Virus record (IMG/VR): IMGVR_UViG_3300042867_000770
Reading direction: 5' to 3' (one strand)
Source of the DNA: an uncultured virus (IMG/VR IMGVR_UViG_3300042867_000770)
Lineage: Duplodnaviria > Heunggongvirae > Uroviricota > Caudoviricetes
DNA length: 64,000 nt
Shown: piece by piece, positions 29,509-40,430 of the stretch
Position numbering within the stretch: the first letter of the stretch is position 1
How the letters are laid out: every line of letters starts with the position of its first letter
Position numbers and translations under genes: made by a program
The notes under the pieces: generated by a model
What the model saw: only the letters and a program-made list of their open reading frames with translations
Databases searched by the model: none
What the model was told of the DNA's origin: nothing

Positions 29509-30187
29509 ATGGTATATTGGTCAAAGTATAAATATTTATCGCAGATGGAATAGATATTACAAGAATCCACATTGCGAACAGCAGGTAAAATTATACAACT
29601 CTCTTTGTAAATATGGCTATGAAAATTTTGACAAAATAATATTGGAAGAGTGCGTTCCAGACAAAACAATTCTTGATAATCGGGAAAAATATTGGATATC
29701 GCATTATAATTCTTTCAATGACGGTTATAATCTTACTCTCGGTGGAGGTTCCGGATTTATTACCGAAGAAATGAAGAAAAAAATAGGAGATGCTAATCGC
29801 GGAAGAAAACTTGGACCGATGTCAAAAGAGCATCTTGAAAAAAGAATAAAAGCCCAAACCGGACAAAAAAGGTCGGAAGAATTTAGAAAAAGATTGAGCG
29901 AGGTGAATCTTGGAAAAAAACATTCGGATGAAGCAAAAAAGAAAATGTCAATAGCCAAGGTTGGTAAAAAAAAGCCGCCATTTTCAGAAGAATGGCGAAA
30001 AAACATTAGCGAATCCGCTAAAAATAGAAGTGTGCCTGTATCACAAGAAACCCGAGATAAAATGTCCATCGCGGCAAAGAACAGACCTCCTCCATCAGCC
30101 GAAGCACGATTGAAAATGTCAGAGGCGTCAAAAAAGTATTGGGCAAATAAGAGATTGACAGCCGAGAACAAAAGTTTAGCGGGTTGA
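29384..30187 (+). CDS. GIY-YIG homing endonuclease with NUMOD3-like repeats
   Basis: GIYGLRNKLTNKWYIGQS, REKYWI, GYNLTLGG and GKKHSDEAKKKMS repeats. Confidence 0.9.
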   Translation: MNATENTECGVIGSTQTKNEPQAEKHIAVSGIYGLRNKLTNKWYIGQSINIYRRWNRYYKNPHCEQQVKLYNSLCKYGYENFDKIILEECVPDKTILDNREKYWISHYNSFNDGYNLTLGGGSGFITEEMKKKIGDANRGRKLGPMSKEHLEKRIKAQTGQKRSEEFRKRLSEVNLGKKHSDEAKKKMSIAKVGKKKPPFSEEWRKNISESAKNRSVPVSQETRDKMSIAAKNRPPPSAEARLKMSEASKKYWANKRLTAENKSLAG

Positions 30188-30259
30188 TATATATTTCGTT
30201 TTTTTTTTCATATTATCATATACTTATTTATGTAACATTTAACAAACAAACATAATATT

Positions 30260-30487
30260 ATGAAAAGAAGCGAATTAAAACAGTTGATTAAAGAAGTGAT
30301 TCAAGAAACAGCCGAAACCAATGAAATATTTGGGTTTGGAAAACCCGATGCCGATGTTGTTCACAACAACTTTTTGAAGCGCGTGCGTCAAGAAGTTCCT
30401 ACATGGAGACAAATTGCCAGAGATGCTGGGGAAGATGAGTTAAACGAACTTTTAATAGCGGCGTTCAATATAGCCAAAAAAATGTAA
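30260..30487 (+). CDS. Small hypothetical protein with MKRSELKQLIKE leader
   Basis: Clean ORF followed by a terminator. Confidence 0.65.
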   Translation: MKRSELKQLIKEVIQETAETNEIFGFGKPDADVVHNNFLKRVRQEVPTWRQIARDAGEDELNELLIAAFNIAKKM

Positions 30488-30501
30488 TATATCATTACTA
30501 C

Positions 30502-30529
30502 AAAACCCGCCAAAACACGGCGGGTTTTT
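30502..30529 (+). terminator. Rho-independent terminator (possibly bidirectional)
   Basis: aaaa-cccgcc-aaaacac-ggcggg-ttttt. Confidence 0.85.
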
Positions 30530-30534
30530 ATTGG

Positions 30535-30562
30535 TTGACTGATTGAATGTTTTGTGTATAGT
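30535..30562 (+). promoter_or_regulatory. Sigma70-like promoter upstream of primase
   Basis: TTGACT-N16-TATAGT directly after the terminator. Confidence 0.55.
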
Positions 30563-30572
30563 GACTATGTAA

Positions 30573-31544
30573 ATGTCGTCGCTAAAAACATCAGAACTCA
30601 CAATTTTAGTAAATAATGTTCTAAAAGACACAGGACGACTGCGTAAAGGAAATAATTTACAATATCATTGTCCAAAATGTCATCATCGCAAGCGAAAATT
30701 GGAAGTGTGTCTTGATGCTCCAAATGCTTGGCATTGTTGGACATGTAATATAAAAGGCAGAGGATTATATTGGTTGTTGAAACTTGCACAAGCCACGCAA
30801 GAACAGTTCAACAAGTTGGAATCTCTTGTAGGAGCACATGTTTCTAAAAATAGTTTATCAGAGTTTGATAAAAAGATTGCTTCACTAACTTCAAATAAAG
30901 TATATGAAGATTATGGTGAAATATTATGTTTGCCAGATGAATTTAAAAGTTTGGCGGAAAATGATGCTAGTATAGAATATCGTGTTGCATTAAACTATGC
31001 AAAAAAACGCAAGTTGTCATTTTGTGATATTATAAAATACAACATTGGATATTGCAGCAAAGGACCATTTGCTAACCGACTTGTGTTTCCGTCATATGAT
31101 AAAAATAATAACTTAAACTTTTATAGTTGCCGCAGTTATTATGATGATGGCTACAAATACAAAAACAGCGAGTTTAGTAAAAATATTGTAGGATTTGAAA
31201 ACCTTGTTGATTTTGATTTTCCAATTTATTTATGCGAGGGTGCTTTGGATGCCATCTCAATAAAAAGAAATGCAATTCCGTTGTTTGGAAAAACTTTGAG
31301 TGCAAAACTAAAAGCAACAATTGTACAAAGCAAATGTCCAGAAGTGAATATTGTGTTGGATGATGATGCATTGAATAATGCAATTCGCATCGCAGAATAT
31401 ATAAACTCTATTGGTAAAGTATCCAAGTTGATACAACTGCAAGGCAAAGATCCAAATGTTTTGGGTTTTGCTGCAACAATTGAAAAGATTAGAAAAACAG
31501 ATGTGCTTGACTTTAGAGCACTGACCATGCTAAGATTGGAATAA
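30573..31544 (+). CDS. DNA primase (Zn finger plus TOPRIM)
   Basis: CPKC..HCWTC, RLVFP, KYKN, CEGALDA, LDDDA and KDPN. Confidence 0.88.
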   Translation: MSSLKTSELTILVNNVLKDTGRLRKGNNLQYHCPKCHHRKRKLEVCLDAPNAWHCWTCNIKGRGLYWLLKLAQATQEQFNKLESLVGAHVSKNSLSEFDKKIASLTSNKVYEDYGEILCLPDEFKSLAENDASIEYRVALNYAKKRKLSFCDIIKYNIGYCSKGPFANRLVFPSYDKNNNLNFYSCRSYYDDGYKYKNSEFSKNIVGFENLVDFDFPIYLCEGALDAISIKRNAIPLFGKTLSAKLKATIVQSKCPEVNIVLDDDALNNAIRIAEYINSIGKVSKLIQLQGKDPNVLGFAATIEKIRKTDVLDFRALTMLRLE

Positions 31545-31547
31545 CAT

Positions 31548-34500
31548 ATGATAGATACATACGAAAAACTGAATACATCCCTTGCTCGCGTAGATTATAT
31601 TGTTCATGTATCCGACATTCATATTCGATTGACCAAACGGCATGTAGAATATAGAGAAGTGTTTGCCAAACTATATGAAGAAATCAAAAAGACACCAGCA
31701 AACACAATCATTATAAATACAGGAGATAGTTTTCATTCAAAATGTGACCTTTCACCCGAGGCTGTGCAGATTGCAAGTGAGTTCTTCAAGGGTTTATCTG
31801 ATTTGCGTCCTACGATTGTTATTGCTGGTAATCATGATTGTTTGCTCACAAACACAACGAGATTGGATAGTTTGACTCCTATTGTAGATAATCTGGCGCA
31901 CGACAATCTTTATTATATAAAAGAAAGCAAGTTGTATTCATTTGCTAATATTCTTATAAATAACATGTCTATTTTCACCGACCATACTTCATTTATAAAA
32001 ATGAAAGATGTGACCAAGAAAATCAAGACCGAGTTTGATACAAAGATTGCTTTGTTTCATGGTGGTGTATTTGATGCCAAGACTGATGTAGGTTATACTG
32101 TGACCAACAAGAGTATCATGAATGATATGTTTGATGGTCATGACATGGCACTGCTTGGAGATATACACATGGCACAAAATCTGCAAATGTATGATCCGGC
32201 AAATGAAAAGCCAATCATTCGTTATGCTGGTTCGTGCATACAACAAAATCACGGTGAAGCATTGCTTGGTCATGGATTTTCTTTGTGGGACGTAAAGAAC
32301 AAAGCATACAAGCATGTAGAAATACCAAATGATTATGGTTATTTTACTATTGATATTGATGACGGCAAGTTGATGACTGATATAATCACAATGCCCAAGA
32401 AGCCAAAACTTCGTGTGCGTTGCAAAGAAACCATTGCTACTGAACTAAAAAAGGTGGTAAATGAAATCAAAAAGACGCATGAAATCAGCGATATTATTTA
32501 TATGCGAGTTGATGGCGACGATGCTTCTAAAGTTGTAAGTGTTCAAGCTGCTGCCAACTTGAGTCAGATTGGCAATGTTGATTATCAAAATAAACTTATT
32601 AGTGAAGCACTCAAAGCTAAATATCCAGATATTATGGATGATGACACACTTGCATCTGTTCATAAAATCAATAAAGAACTCAATGCGGATTTGAGCAAAG
32701 ATGACACTTCACGCAATATTCGTTGGAAGCCAATCAAGTTTGAGTTTAGTAATATGTTTAGTTATGGTGAAAACAATGTTATTGACTTTACCAAACTAGA
32801 ATCTGTGTATGGATTGTTTGCAAACAATGCAAGTGGAAAATCATCATTGATGGACGCATTATGCTTTACAGCATTTGATAAAAGTGCCAGAGCATTCAAA
32901 GCAACTCATGTGATGAACTCGCAGAAAATGTCTTTTCATGGTAAGTTTACATTTGAGATAAATGACATACAATATGTTATTGAGCGCAAAGGCATCAGAG
33001 ATAAAAAGGGCAATGTAAAAGTTGATGTAAACTTCTATAAGATGGAGAAAGAAGAAAAGATTAGCCTCAATAGTGAAGCTCGCAGAAGCACAAATGAAAT
33101 CATTCGTGATTATATCGGCGATTATGATGACTTTGTACTAACTTCACTTGCATTACAAGGCAATCAAGGGTCGTTTGTTGAAATGGGTCAAACTGAACGC
33201 AAGGATTTGTTGTGTCAGTTCATTGGTCTAAATGTGTTTGATAAACTTGTAGCCAAGGGCAATGACAAACTAAAAGAACTAACAGGTGCCATCAAGTCAT
33301 TCAACAAAGAAAACAATCAAGTCAAGATTGAGTCCAATAAAAATGATTTGGGATTGGCAGAGTCCAAACTTATTGATTTGACTGGTCAGCGCGATCAATA
33401 TTCATCAAAAAAGAATGAACTTGATAATAAAATCGTTGAACAACAAGCCAAGATTATAAAACTTGAAAATGTGCCAACAAATGTAGTTGCTCTAAAAAAA
33501 GAGCGCGAAACTTTAGAAACAAAAAATAGTCAAGCTGTTGATGCCATTTCAGTTATTGACACAAACACAGAGTCAAAGAAAAAAGAATATGTGGATGCTT
33601 CCAATAAACTATCTGCATTTCCAGATGATATAAAAGAAAAATCAGACAAGCATGCAAGTTTTGTTCGTCAAAAAACTCGTCTTGAGCAAGAATTGGAAAA
33701 ATTTAAGCTCGTGGTCAAAGAAAAACTCAAGAAGATAGAACATCTATCCAACCACAAATATGATCCAAATTGTGAATATTGCTGTGATAATGCGTTTGTA
33801 AAAGATGCTATATCTGCCAAAGATAGTTTGGAATCCGACAAAACTGATGCAAGAGAACTGTTTGATGCCATATCAACCATCAAAACACAGATTATAGAAG
33901 TTGAACCATTTGTGGCTCAATATGAACAAAGTGTGCTGCTCAAAGAAACTATCAATACACTCACAGCATTTATTTCCAAGAAAGAATTAGAAAAGTCTAA
34001 TTTCAATAATCTAATTTCTAAAAACTCTAATAGAATAGTTGATATTGACAATCTGGTTGAGTTGTATGAAAAATCCAAAGAAATTGTAGAAAGCAACAAG
34101 ATTGTTGAGGTTGTTTTATCCAAACTAAAGGATGAAAATACTATCATTGTGTCAAAGCTAAAGAATATTGAACGAGAATATGTGGATGCGTATAGCCGCA
34201 AAGTGTCATTGACAGACCAAATAAAAAATATTGAAGAACAAATCAAGAAAATAGAAGAACATGAAAACGAACTTGCTGCTTATCAATATTATCTAACTTC
34301 TATTGGAAAAGATGGCGTGCCATATAAAATTATTTCAGACGCCATTCCAAGAATTGAACAAGATGTGAATAATATATTGTCTCAGATGGTTGAGTTTAGT
34401 ATGGGTATTGAAACAGATGGTAAGAATGTCAATGTATATATCAAATATGATGACAAAAAATGGCCATTGGAACTATGTTCTGGTATGGAAAAGTTTGTTA

Positions 34501-34754
34501 GTGCTTTGGCTTTGAGAGTATCTTTGATCAACATTAGCAATCTACCGCGTTCCAACTTTTTGGTAGTTGACGAAGGAATGTCGGCTTTGGATGCGTCGAA
34601 TCTTCCTATGCTACATACATTGTTTGACTATCTAAAGAGCAGCTTCGATTTCATTATTATAATAAGTCATCTTGATGCCATGAGAGACATGGTAGACAAA
34701 CAACTGGAAATCAAAAAAGAAAACGGCTTTAGCAAGATTGATAACAGCGTCTAA
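31548..34754 (+). CDS. Fused Mre11/SbcD nuclease and Rad50/SbcC ATPase (gp47-gp46-like)
   Basis: SDIH, TGD, GNHD and LGDIH phosphoesterase motifs; NASGKSS Walker A, CEYC zinc hook, SGME signature, VVDEG Walker B, ISH. Confidence 0.92.
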   Translation: MIDTYEKLNTSLARVDYIVHVSDIHIRLTKRHVEYREVFAKLYEEIKKTPANTIIINTGDSFHSKCDLSPEAVQIASEFFKGLSDLRPTIVIAGNHDCLLTNTTRLDSLTPIVDNLAHDNLYYIKESKLYSFANILINNMSIFTDHTSFIKMKDVTKKIKTEFDTKIALFHGGVFDAKTDVGYTVTNKSIMNDMFDGHDMALLGDIHMAQNLQMYDPANEKPIIRYAGSCIQQNHGEALLGHGFSLWDVKNKAYKHVEIPNDYGYFTIDIDDGKLMTDIITMPKKPKLRVRCKETIATELKKVVNEIKKTHEISDIIYMRVDGDDASKVVSVQAAANLSQIGNVDYQNKLISEALKAKYPDIMDDDTLASVHKINKELNADLSKDDTSRNIRWKPIKFEFSNMFSYGENNVIDFTKLESVYGLFANNASGKSSLMDALCFTAFDKSARAFKATHVMNSQKMSFHGKFTFEINDIQYVIERKGIRDKKGNVKVDVNFYKMEKEEKISLNSEARRSTNEIIRDYIGDYDDFVLTSLALQGNQGSFVEMGQTERKDLLCQFIGLNVFDKLVAKGNDKLKELTGAIKSFNKENNQVKIESNKNDLGLAESKLIDLTGQRDQYSSKKNELDNKIVEQQAKIIKLENVPTNVVALKKERETLETKNSQAVDAISVIDTNTESKKKEYVDASNKLSAFPDDIKEKSDKHASFVRQKTRLEQELEKFKLVVKEKLKKIEHLSNHKYDPNCEYCCDNAFVKDAISAKDSLESDKTDARELFDAISTIKTQIIEVEPFVAQYEQSVLLKETINTLTAFISKKELEKSNFNNLISKNSNRIVDIDNLVELYEKSKEIVESNKIVEVVLSKLKDENTIIVSKLKNIEREYVDAYSRKVSLTDQIKNIEEQIKKIEEHENELAAYQYYLTSIGKDGVPYKIISDAIPRIEQDVNNILSQMVEFSMGIETDGKNVNVYIKYDDKKWPLELCSGMEKFVSALALRVSLINISNLPRSNFLVVDEGMSALDASNLPMLHTLFDYLKSSFDFIIIISHLDAMRDMVDKQLEIKKENGFSKIDNSV

Positions 34755-34786
34755 GTCATATTTATCCATAGGCGTATATATAACCT

Positions 34787-36895
34787 ATGGATCAAGTACC
34801 AGACAGCAACTCGCAGAATACATATTTTCTATTATCCAACTTCAAGGATACGCTAAAATCTGGAAAAAATTCTTTCATTGTAAATCCGACCAACTTGGTT
34901 GTTCCGGGTTCGGATATTACATTATCTGCATATGATATGGATGGAAATGTATTATCTTCTGGCGTTATACGTCCAACTGACGCAAAATACAATGAAGTCA
35001 CCGATTCTGGTAGGTTGTATTATGTTAATATTCCATCAAACACACCAACTGGCATTGGTAGGTTGGAAATACGTTCGATTGGACTTGATGCCGGAGATTA
35101 TACCGGAAGAATTGCTTACTTTAAGAACAATGGATATAAAATAGATGAAAATCAGCGACTTCCACTGATTCAAGCTCCGTCGTCCACTCCGTTGACAAAA
35201 GTGAATATATTATGGTCTGATAATATATTGATTGATCCGAAAAAAAAGACAGACACTGAAGTAAGATTCTTTGATTCTCCATATATTGAAGTATCATCGG
35301 AAATATATGATTGTCCAATATATCCAACATCTTCGTATTGTATATCGTCCGGTTCATTTTCATCAATTGCCGTATTTCCAAAAAATAATTCTGCTGGCGA
35401 TTATGATTATCAATACGACAAGCCAATTTATCAATTATATTGGAAAGGTGGATCAAAATTTAGTTCATCTATGGAAGGTGAACAAGTTCGTATAAAGAGT
35501 CCAACTGTAAAGAAATTTACATATACTAATTATACAAACAATCAAGTAGAGTATGAAGGATTGCTTTCTACCGATTTTATAGCAAAGATTGATAGTGTAG
35601 TAAATGATACAACCGTGTTATTAGATATTCCTTTTTCAACTGTGTCTGATTTGATAGATCGTTCCAATCAAGATTCTTCATATGCTAAAAATAACTTGGC
35701 AAATATAAAAGGATATGGCACAAGCAATGATCCACCAAAGCAAACAGTCAACCACAAAAAGAATTTTTACATATTGAGTATTGATGATGGTGAGTTTGAA
35801 ATTATTCACAAAAATATTGTAACTGAATTACCGCGTGCAATTGTATCTGGTTCCACTTTCTACAAAAAATCCATATTAGATATCTATTTCAACAACTTGC
35901 GTGTATTGTGTGGAGATCTGAATAGCTATAAAGTTTATGGTCGTAGCCTAAATAGTCCAGAAACAAAAACATTGATTTGTGAAGGAAAGATAAAACCTAC
36001 AAATTTAATTTCAACAACCAAATTTGATAATGGACTATACAATAATCCCGGCGAATTTTATAATTCTGCACATGTTTCCAAATATTGGTTGATACAAGGT
36101 GGTTGTGTATTTTCACAAACCAACCAAGTTTTTATTGACGGTGTTACTGTGTCTCATGCTGGAAATGAAAATCAAAATGATTATGTGATATATAAAGACG
36201 CCACAAGCACAGGCAGAACTGCGGCGTATATAAGTTACGATCTTCTTTCAAATTCTTATTGGTATGGTAAGTCCGACGCTTTTATAAATTTTGCATCATA
36301 TCCAACTGCATCATATCTGGGACTTGATAATGCACCAGAATTGACTTCATATACCAATTCTCAAGAAAATTTGATACAAGGTGCTGTATATGACAGCAAT
36401 CCAATTCTGTTGAAACAAAATTCATTATATGAGTTTTCTATAAATGTAAAACCAGCAGCCGAAAATGGAAGTGTATCAGTGCTGTATGTTTATTTTGTAA
36501 GCGGTACTGACAAAATAAAGATTGCTACTATTGATAGTACATTTAGATTTGGTGCTGGTCAAAGATACAAATCAACTTTCTTTTCTGATATAGAAAGATA
36601 TGGCACAATAATATTGGTTCCTGTGTCTGGTGTTTGGAGCATATCAAAACTCAACCTGTGTTCATATCAGGCGTTGGATTATTCGGTGGATAATTTTAAA
36701 ATAAAGATTCCAATAAAAGCTACTTTGAACAACGAATTGTTTGAAATTGAAGCCGAACTATATGATGGTGCTCATCAACTTGCATATGGCGAAGATTCTT
36801 ATACTTTTATATACAATCAAACTTTCTTGCCATTAAAAAAACAAATATTTGTTGATCCAAATGGAACCACGTTGGTTGTTAACAATTTGGGTTGA
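34787..36895 (+). CDS. Hypothetical beta-rich protein, probably virion
   Basis: 702 aa ORF with Tyr/Ser-rich composition like the other structural genes; upstream ATATTTAT box. Confidence 0.55.
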   Translation: MDQVPDSNSQNTYFLLSNFKDTLKSGKNSFIVNPTNLVVPGSDITLSAYDMDGNVLSSGVIRPTDAKYNEVTDSGRLYYVNIPSNTPTGIGRLEIRSIGLDAGDYTGRIAYFKNNGYKIDENQRLPLIQAPSSTPLTKVNILWSDNILIDPKKKTDTEVRFFDSPYIEVSSEIYDCPIYPTSSYCISSGSFSSIAVFPKNNSAGDYDYQYDKPIYQLYWKGGSKFSSSMEGEQVRIKSPTVKKFTYTNYTNNQVEYEGLLSTDFIAKIDSVVNDTTVLLDIPFSTVSDLIDRSNQDSSYAKNNLANIKGYGTSNDPPKQTVNHKKNFYILSIDDGEFEIIHKNIVTELPRAIVSGSTFYKKSILDIYFNNLRVLCGDLNSYKVYGRSLNSPETKTLICEGKIKPTNLISTTKFDNGLYNNPGEFYNSAHVSKYWLIQGGCVFSQTNQVFIDGVTVSHAGNENQNDYVIYKDATSTGRTAAYISYDLLSNSYWYGKSDAFINFASYPTASYLGLDNAPELTSYTNSQENLIQGAVYDSNPILLKQNSLYEFSINVKPAAENGSVSVLYVYFVSGTDKIKIATIDSTFRFGAGQRYKSTFFSDIERYGTIILVPVSGVWSISKLNLCSYQALDYSVDNFKIKIPIKATLNNELFEIEAELYDGAHQLAYGEDSYTFIYNQTFLPLKKQIFVDPNGTTLVVNNLG

Positions 36896-37045
36896 AGTAT
36901 GGGGTCAGCTTTTAGTTTTTCTTTGCGACGGAAGTAATTATATAAATAAAAAACTTGAAATTTGTTTTGGTATTCAATATATATGAACGAGCGATTATTG
37001 TAAATTTCGCTTGACAAACAAAACAATGGTTATAATCTACTAAAG

Positions 37046-39598
37046 ATGAAAATTTTATATATAGCTCCGCATTTATCAACGGGTGGATGTCCACAATTTT
37101 TGTTTAAGAAGATACAGGTATTGCACAAAGACCATGAAGTATATTGCATAGAGTATGCAGACCACGGCTGTTTCACAGTTCAAAAGAACAAAATAAAAGA
37201 AATTCTCAAAGACAGATTGATTTCTGTAAATTATGATCGCTCAAAAATAGTTGATATAATCAAAGATTTGGACCCCGATGTTGTGCATCTGGAAGAAATG
37301 CCAGAATATTTCATGGACAATGATATTGCTAAAAAGATATACATCAAAGATAGAAGATATAAAATCATTGAAACATCACATGACAGCAGCTTTGATCCAA
37401 AAACTAAAGTGTTTTTTCCAGACCGATTGATATATGTGAGCAAATATCAAAAAGAAAATCTCAAAGAAATTGATGTGCCATCTGAAGTTTGTGAATATCC
37501 TATTCTTATCAACCCAAGAAAACCAAGAGAAGAAGCACTAAGAGTGTTGGGTCTTGATCCCAAGAAAAAGCATGTAATGCATGTTGGTTTGTTCACATCA
37601 AGAAAAAACCAAAAAGAAATTATTGAGTATGCCAGAATACTCAAGGATCAACCTATACAGTTTCATTTCATTGGAAATCAAGCAGATAATTTTAGAAGCT
37701 ATTGGGAGCCGTTGATGAAAGATTTTCCATCCAACTGCAAATGGTGGAACGAAAGAAAAGATGTAGATAATTTTTATCAAACAGCCGATTTGTTTCTGTT
37801 TGTGTCTAAGGATGAAAATGGAGACAAAGAAACAAGTCCATTAGTTATACGCGAAGCAATATCATACAATATACCAACGTTGATTTATAATTCTCCTGTG
37901 TATATGGGAATGTATGACAAATATGAAAATATCAAATATCTTGATTATGATGACAAAGCGGAAAATTTAAACAGAATACTAAAAACTCTAAATCTATATA
38001 CAACAAAATCTATGACTCGTTTCAACGTAAAATATGATAACACAAACAACAAGGTAATGTTCTCGGCCAACACAACCGTAGAAAATTTGCTCATCTCCGT
38101 GAAAGAATTGGATTCTCGCGCCGTGGTATGGGCTGTCGAATATCCACAACTTCCCGCCAATTCTGAGTGGTGGATTATTCCTACTCCAAAGCACGTGATT
38201 GATTATGAAACCGAGCCATACTTTGGTGGATTGTTGGTGGAATTTTATCAAAATGGTGTATTGCTAGATTCCAAGACTTTTCGCATAAAGCCCGCCGCAT
38301 TCAACAAATATCAATCTATTCTTAAAAACGACACACAGCCGACCTATATGAATTACACGGAATTCTTTGTTGATAAGATATATGACAAATATTTACATGG
38401 AAAGACATTTAACACCGTTGTTGACGTGGGTGCAAATATTGGTTTATGGACGGAGTATATAAAGCATACAGCAAAATGTCAAAAAGTTTACTCAATTGAA
38501 CCAAACAAGGATGCGTTGAAAATATTGAAAAATTCTTTTGGCGACGACGTTGTGGTCATAGAGAAAGCTATGTCTAATAAAGATGGTCAACTTGAATTCT
38601 TTGTTGACAGCAAAAATTCTATTGTTTCTTCGGTTGCAAATGTGAATGGTTCGGACACATCGTATAAAGTCGATGCAACATCTTTCAAATCTTTTGTTAC
38701 AAAATATAATATCCAAAAGATTGATTTGATGAAGGTGGACATAGAAACCGGCGAATATGATTTGTTTGCTTCAATGGATGATTCGGACTTGGCTATGATT
38801 GATAATATTTTAATGGAATATCATATCATTGGGGGAAGAACTTATGAAAAAGATGCAACGTTGATATTGAATCAGTTGAAAACGGCGGGGTTCAATTGCA
38901 CCGCCCAAAGCCTGCACGCACAAGGTGGGTTCATTTTTGCAACCAAATCGGAAGTGAAGATTGATGATAGAAACAAAGATTTGCAAAGCATGCTAGATGA
39001 TCGCGGATGCCCAGACAAACGAGATTTGGCGGTATTGGTCAATGATATGTTTCCACACGGACGAGGAATTGAAATTGGAGTACTCAAAGGAGAGTATTCC
39101 AAGATAATATTGGAACGTTGGCACGGAGGTCAACTATATCTAGTGGATGCTTGGCGGCATCTTGACAGCTATATTGACATGAACGGTCAAGATGATAAAT
39201 ATCATTATGATTGCTTGGTGAAAACGTGTGAGAATATAAAACCGTGGCAAAATCGTGCTCATATCATTCGCATGGACAGTGCGGCCAGTGCCAATATATT
39301 TCCGGATGAACATTTTGACTTTGTTTACATCGACGCCGATCATTCATATGAAGGAGTTGTGCGTGATATGAAAGCTTGGTGGCCAAAAGTAAAGAAGGGT
39401 GGATTGTTCTGCGGCGATGATTATATTCCGGACGACGGTGATATTTGGCTTACGGGTTCTGGAAAAGAACCTGTGTATGCTGGAAAATTTGGTGTCAGAA
39501 AAGCCGTCAATGAGTTTATGGTCAAGAATGAATTGAAGGTCTATTCAACTACAGCCGAGCCATATTGGAGACAGTGGTACACATTCAAACCGTTTTAA
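37046..39598 (+). CDS. Fusion of GT4 glycosyltransferase, FkbM methyltransferase and class I SAM (Methyltransf_24-like) methyltransferase
   Basis: PHLSTGG, KNQ and ETSPLVIREA (GT-B); VDVGANIG..KVDIE (FkbM); EIGVLKG..YIDADHSYE..GDDY. Confidence 0.85.
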   Translation: MKILYIAPHLSTGGCPQFLFKKIQVLHKDHEVYCIEYADHGCFTVQKNKIKEILKDRLISVNYDRSKIVDIIKDLDPDVVHLEEMPEYFMDNDIAKKIYIKDRRYKIIETSHDSSFDPKTKVFFPDRLIYVSKYQKENLKEIDVPSEVCEYPILINPRKPREEALRVLGLDPKKKHVMHVGLFTSRKNQKEIIEYARILKDQPIQFHFIGNQADNFRSYWEPLMKDFPSNCKWWNERKDVDNFYQTADLFLFVSKDENGDKETSPLVIREAISYNIPTLIYNSPVYMGMYDKYENIKYLDYDDKAENLNRILKTLNLYTTKSMTRFNVKYDNTNNKVMFSANTTVENLLISVKELDSRAVVWAVEYPQLPANSEWWIIPTPKHVIDYETEPYFGGLLVEFYQNGVLLDSKTFRIKPAAFNKYQSILKNDTQPTYMNYTEFFVDKIYDKYLHGKTFNTVVDVGANIGLWTEYIKHTAKCQKVYSIEPNKDALKILKNSFGDDVVVIEKAMSNKDGQLEFFVDSKNSIVSSVANVNGSDTSYKVDATSFKSFVTKYNIQKIDLMKVDIETGEYDLFASMDDSDLAMIDNILMEYHIIGGRTYEKDATLILNQLKTAGFNCTAQSLHAQGGFIFATKSEVKIDDRNKDLQSMLDDRGCPDKRDLAVLVNDMFPHGRGIEIGVLKGEYSKIILERWHGGQLYLVDAWRHLDSYIDMNGQDDKYHYDCLVKTCENIKPWQNRAHIIRMDSAASANIFPDEHFDFVYIDADHSYEGVVRDMKAWWPKVKKGGLFCGDDYIPDDGDIWLTGSGKEPVYAGKFGVRKAVNEFMVKNELKVYSTTAEPYWRQWYTFKPF

Positions 39599-39611
39599 CA
39601 CAACATAATCT

Positions 39612-40430
39612 ATGGTTATATTTCTATACAGCGATAAAAATTGTGAGCATCAAGCAATGGCTTGCATTAAATCATTGACTCACAAAATCACGGACGATAT
39701 AAAGATTGTTTATTATACAATCGGATTCGACAGTAGTTTTGAATTCAAAAACTTGTACAAAATAAAGATTGATTATCGACCACAATATCCAACATTTCAT
39801 TTTTATAAAGCGGAACTATCTTTGCTTACTATGCAAATGTTTCCAAATGAATATTATATATTCACAGACACAGATGTATTGTTCTCTCGCAACTTTAATT
39901 TCAATGACCACAAATACAATGAATCATATCCTATGGCAAGTTATGGTCCGCACGAATATCCATTTATTTGGCAAGAAGTAAACGGCGTTAAGATTATATT
40001 CAATGAAAAGAAACTAATGGTGTATCATGGTATTCCGGACAGAAGTATGAGATACTGCTGGTCTTGTTTTTATGCATTCAACCCAAACTGCAAGGAGTTT
40101 TTTGAAGAATATACTTCAATTTGTCAGAACAAATATTTGTTGGATCGTCGCAGGGATTATTTTCCATATGCCGACGAAACTGCATTTAATGTATGCTTGT
40201 GGAAACGCGGTGCCAATAAAAATCTAAAACAAGCATTTGTAAATACACATATGTTGGAAACCGTCAAGTTGGTTGAAGAAAGAAAAGCTAAAAATACAAC
40301 ATTCACAAACAGCGTAGATGCATTTGGATCAAGTTGGGAGTCAGTTGAAGATCCGGATAAAGTATTATTATATCATGGATTCAAGGAAAAAGTGGAAATG
40401 GATAAAACTGTTGACTACCTGTTGGCATGA
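39612..40430 (+). CDS. Putative GT-A glycosyltransferase
   Basis: YIFTDTDV DxD motif, DETAFNV and YHG. Confidence 0.55.
   Translation: MVIFLYSDKNCEHQAMACIKSLTHKITDDIKIVYYTIGFDSSFEFKNLYKIKIDYRPQYPTFHFYKAELSLLTMQMFPNEYYIFTDTDVLFSRNFNFNDHKYNESYPMASYGPHEYPFIWQEVNGVKIIFNEKKLMVYHGIPDRSMRYCWSCFYAFNPNCKEFFEEYTSICQNKYLLDRRRDYFPYADETAFNVCLWKRGANKNLKQAFVNTHMLETVKLVEERKAKNTTFTNSVDAFGSSWESVEDPDKVLLYHGFKEKVEMDKTVDYLLA

Noticed and set aside
37011..37036. Perfect TTGACA/TATAAT promoter before the second GT operon
   Set aside because: Spacer is only 14 nt; plausible but not well enough supported to list as a feature.
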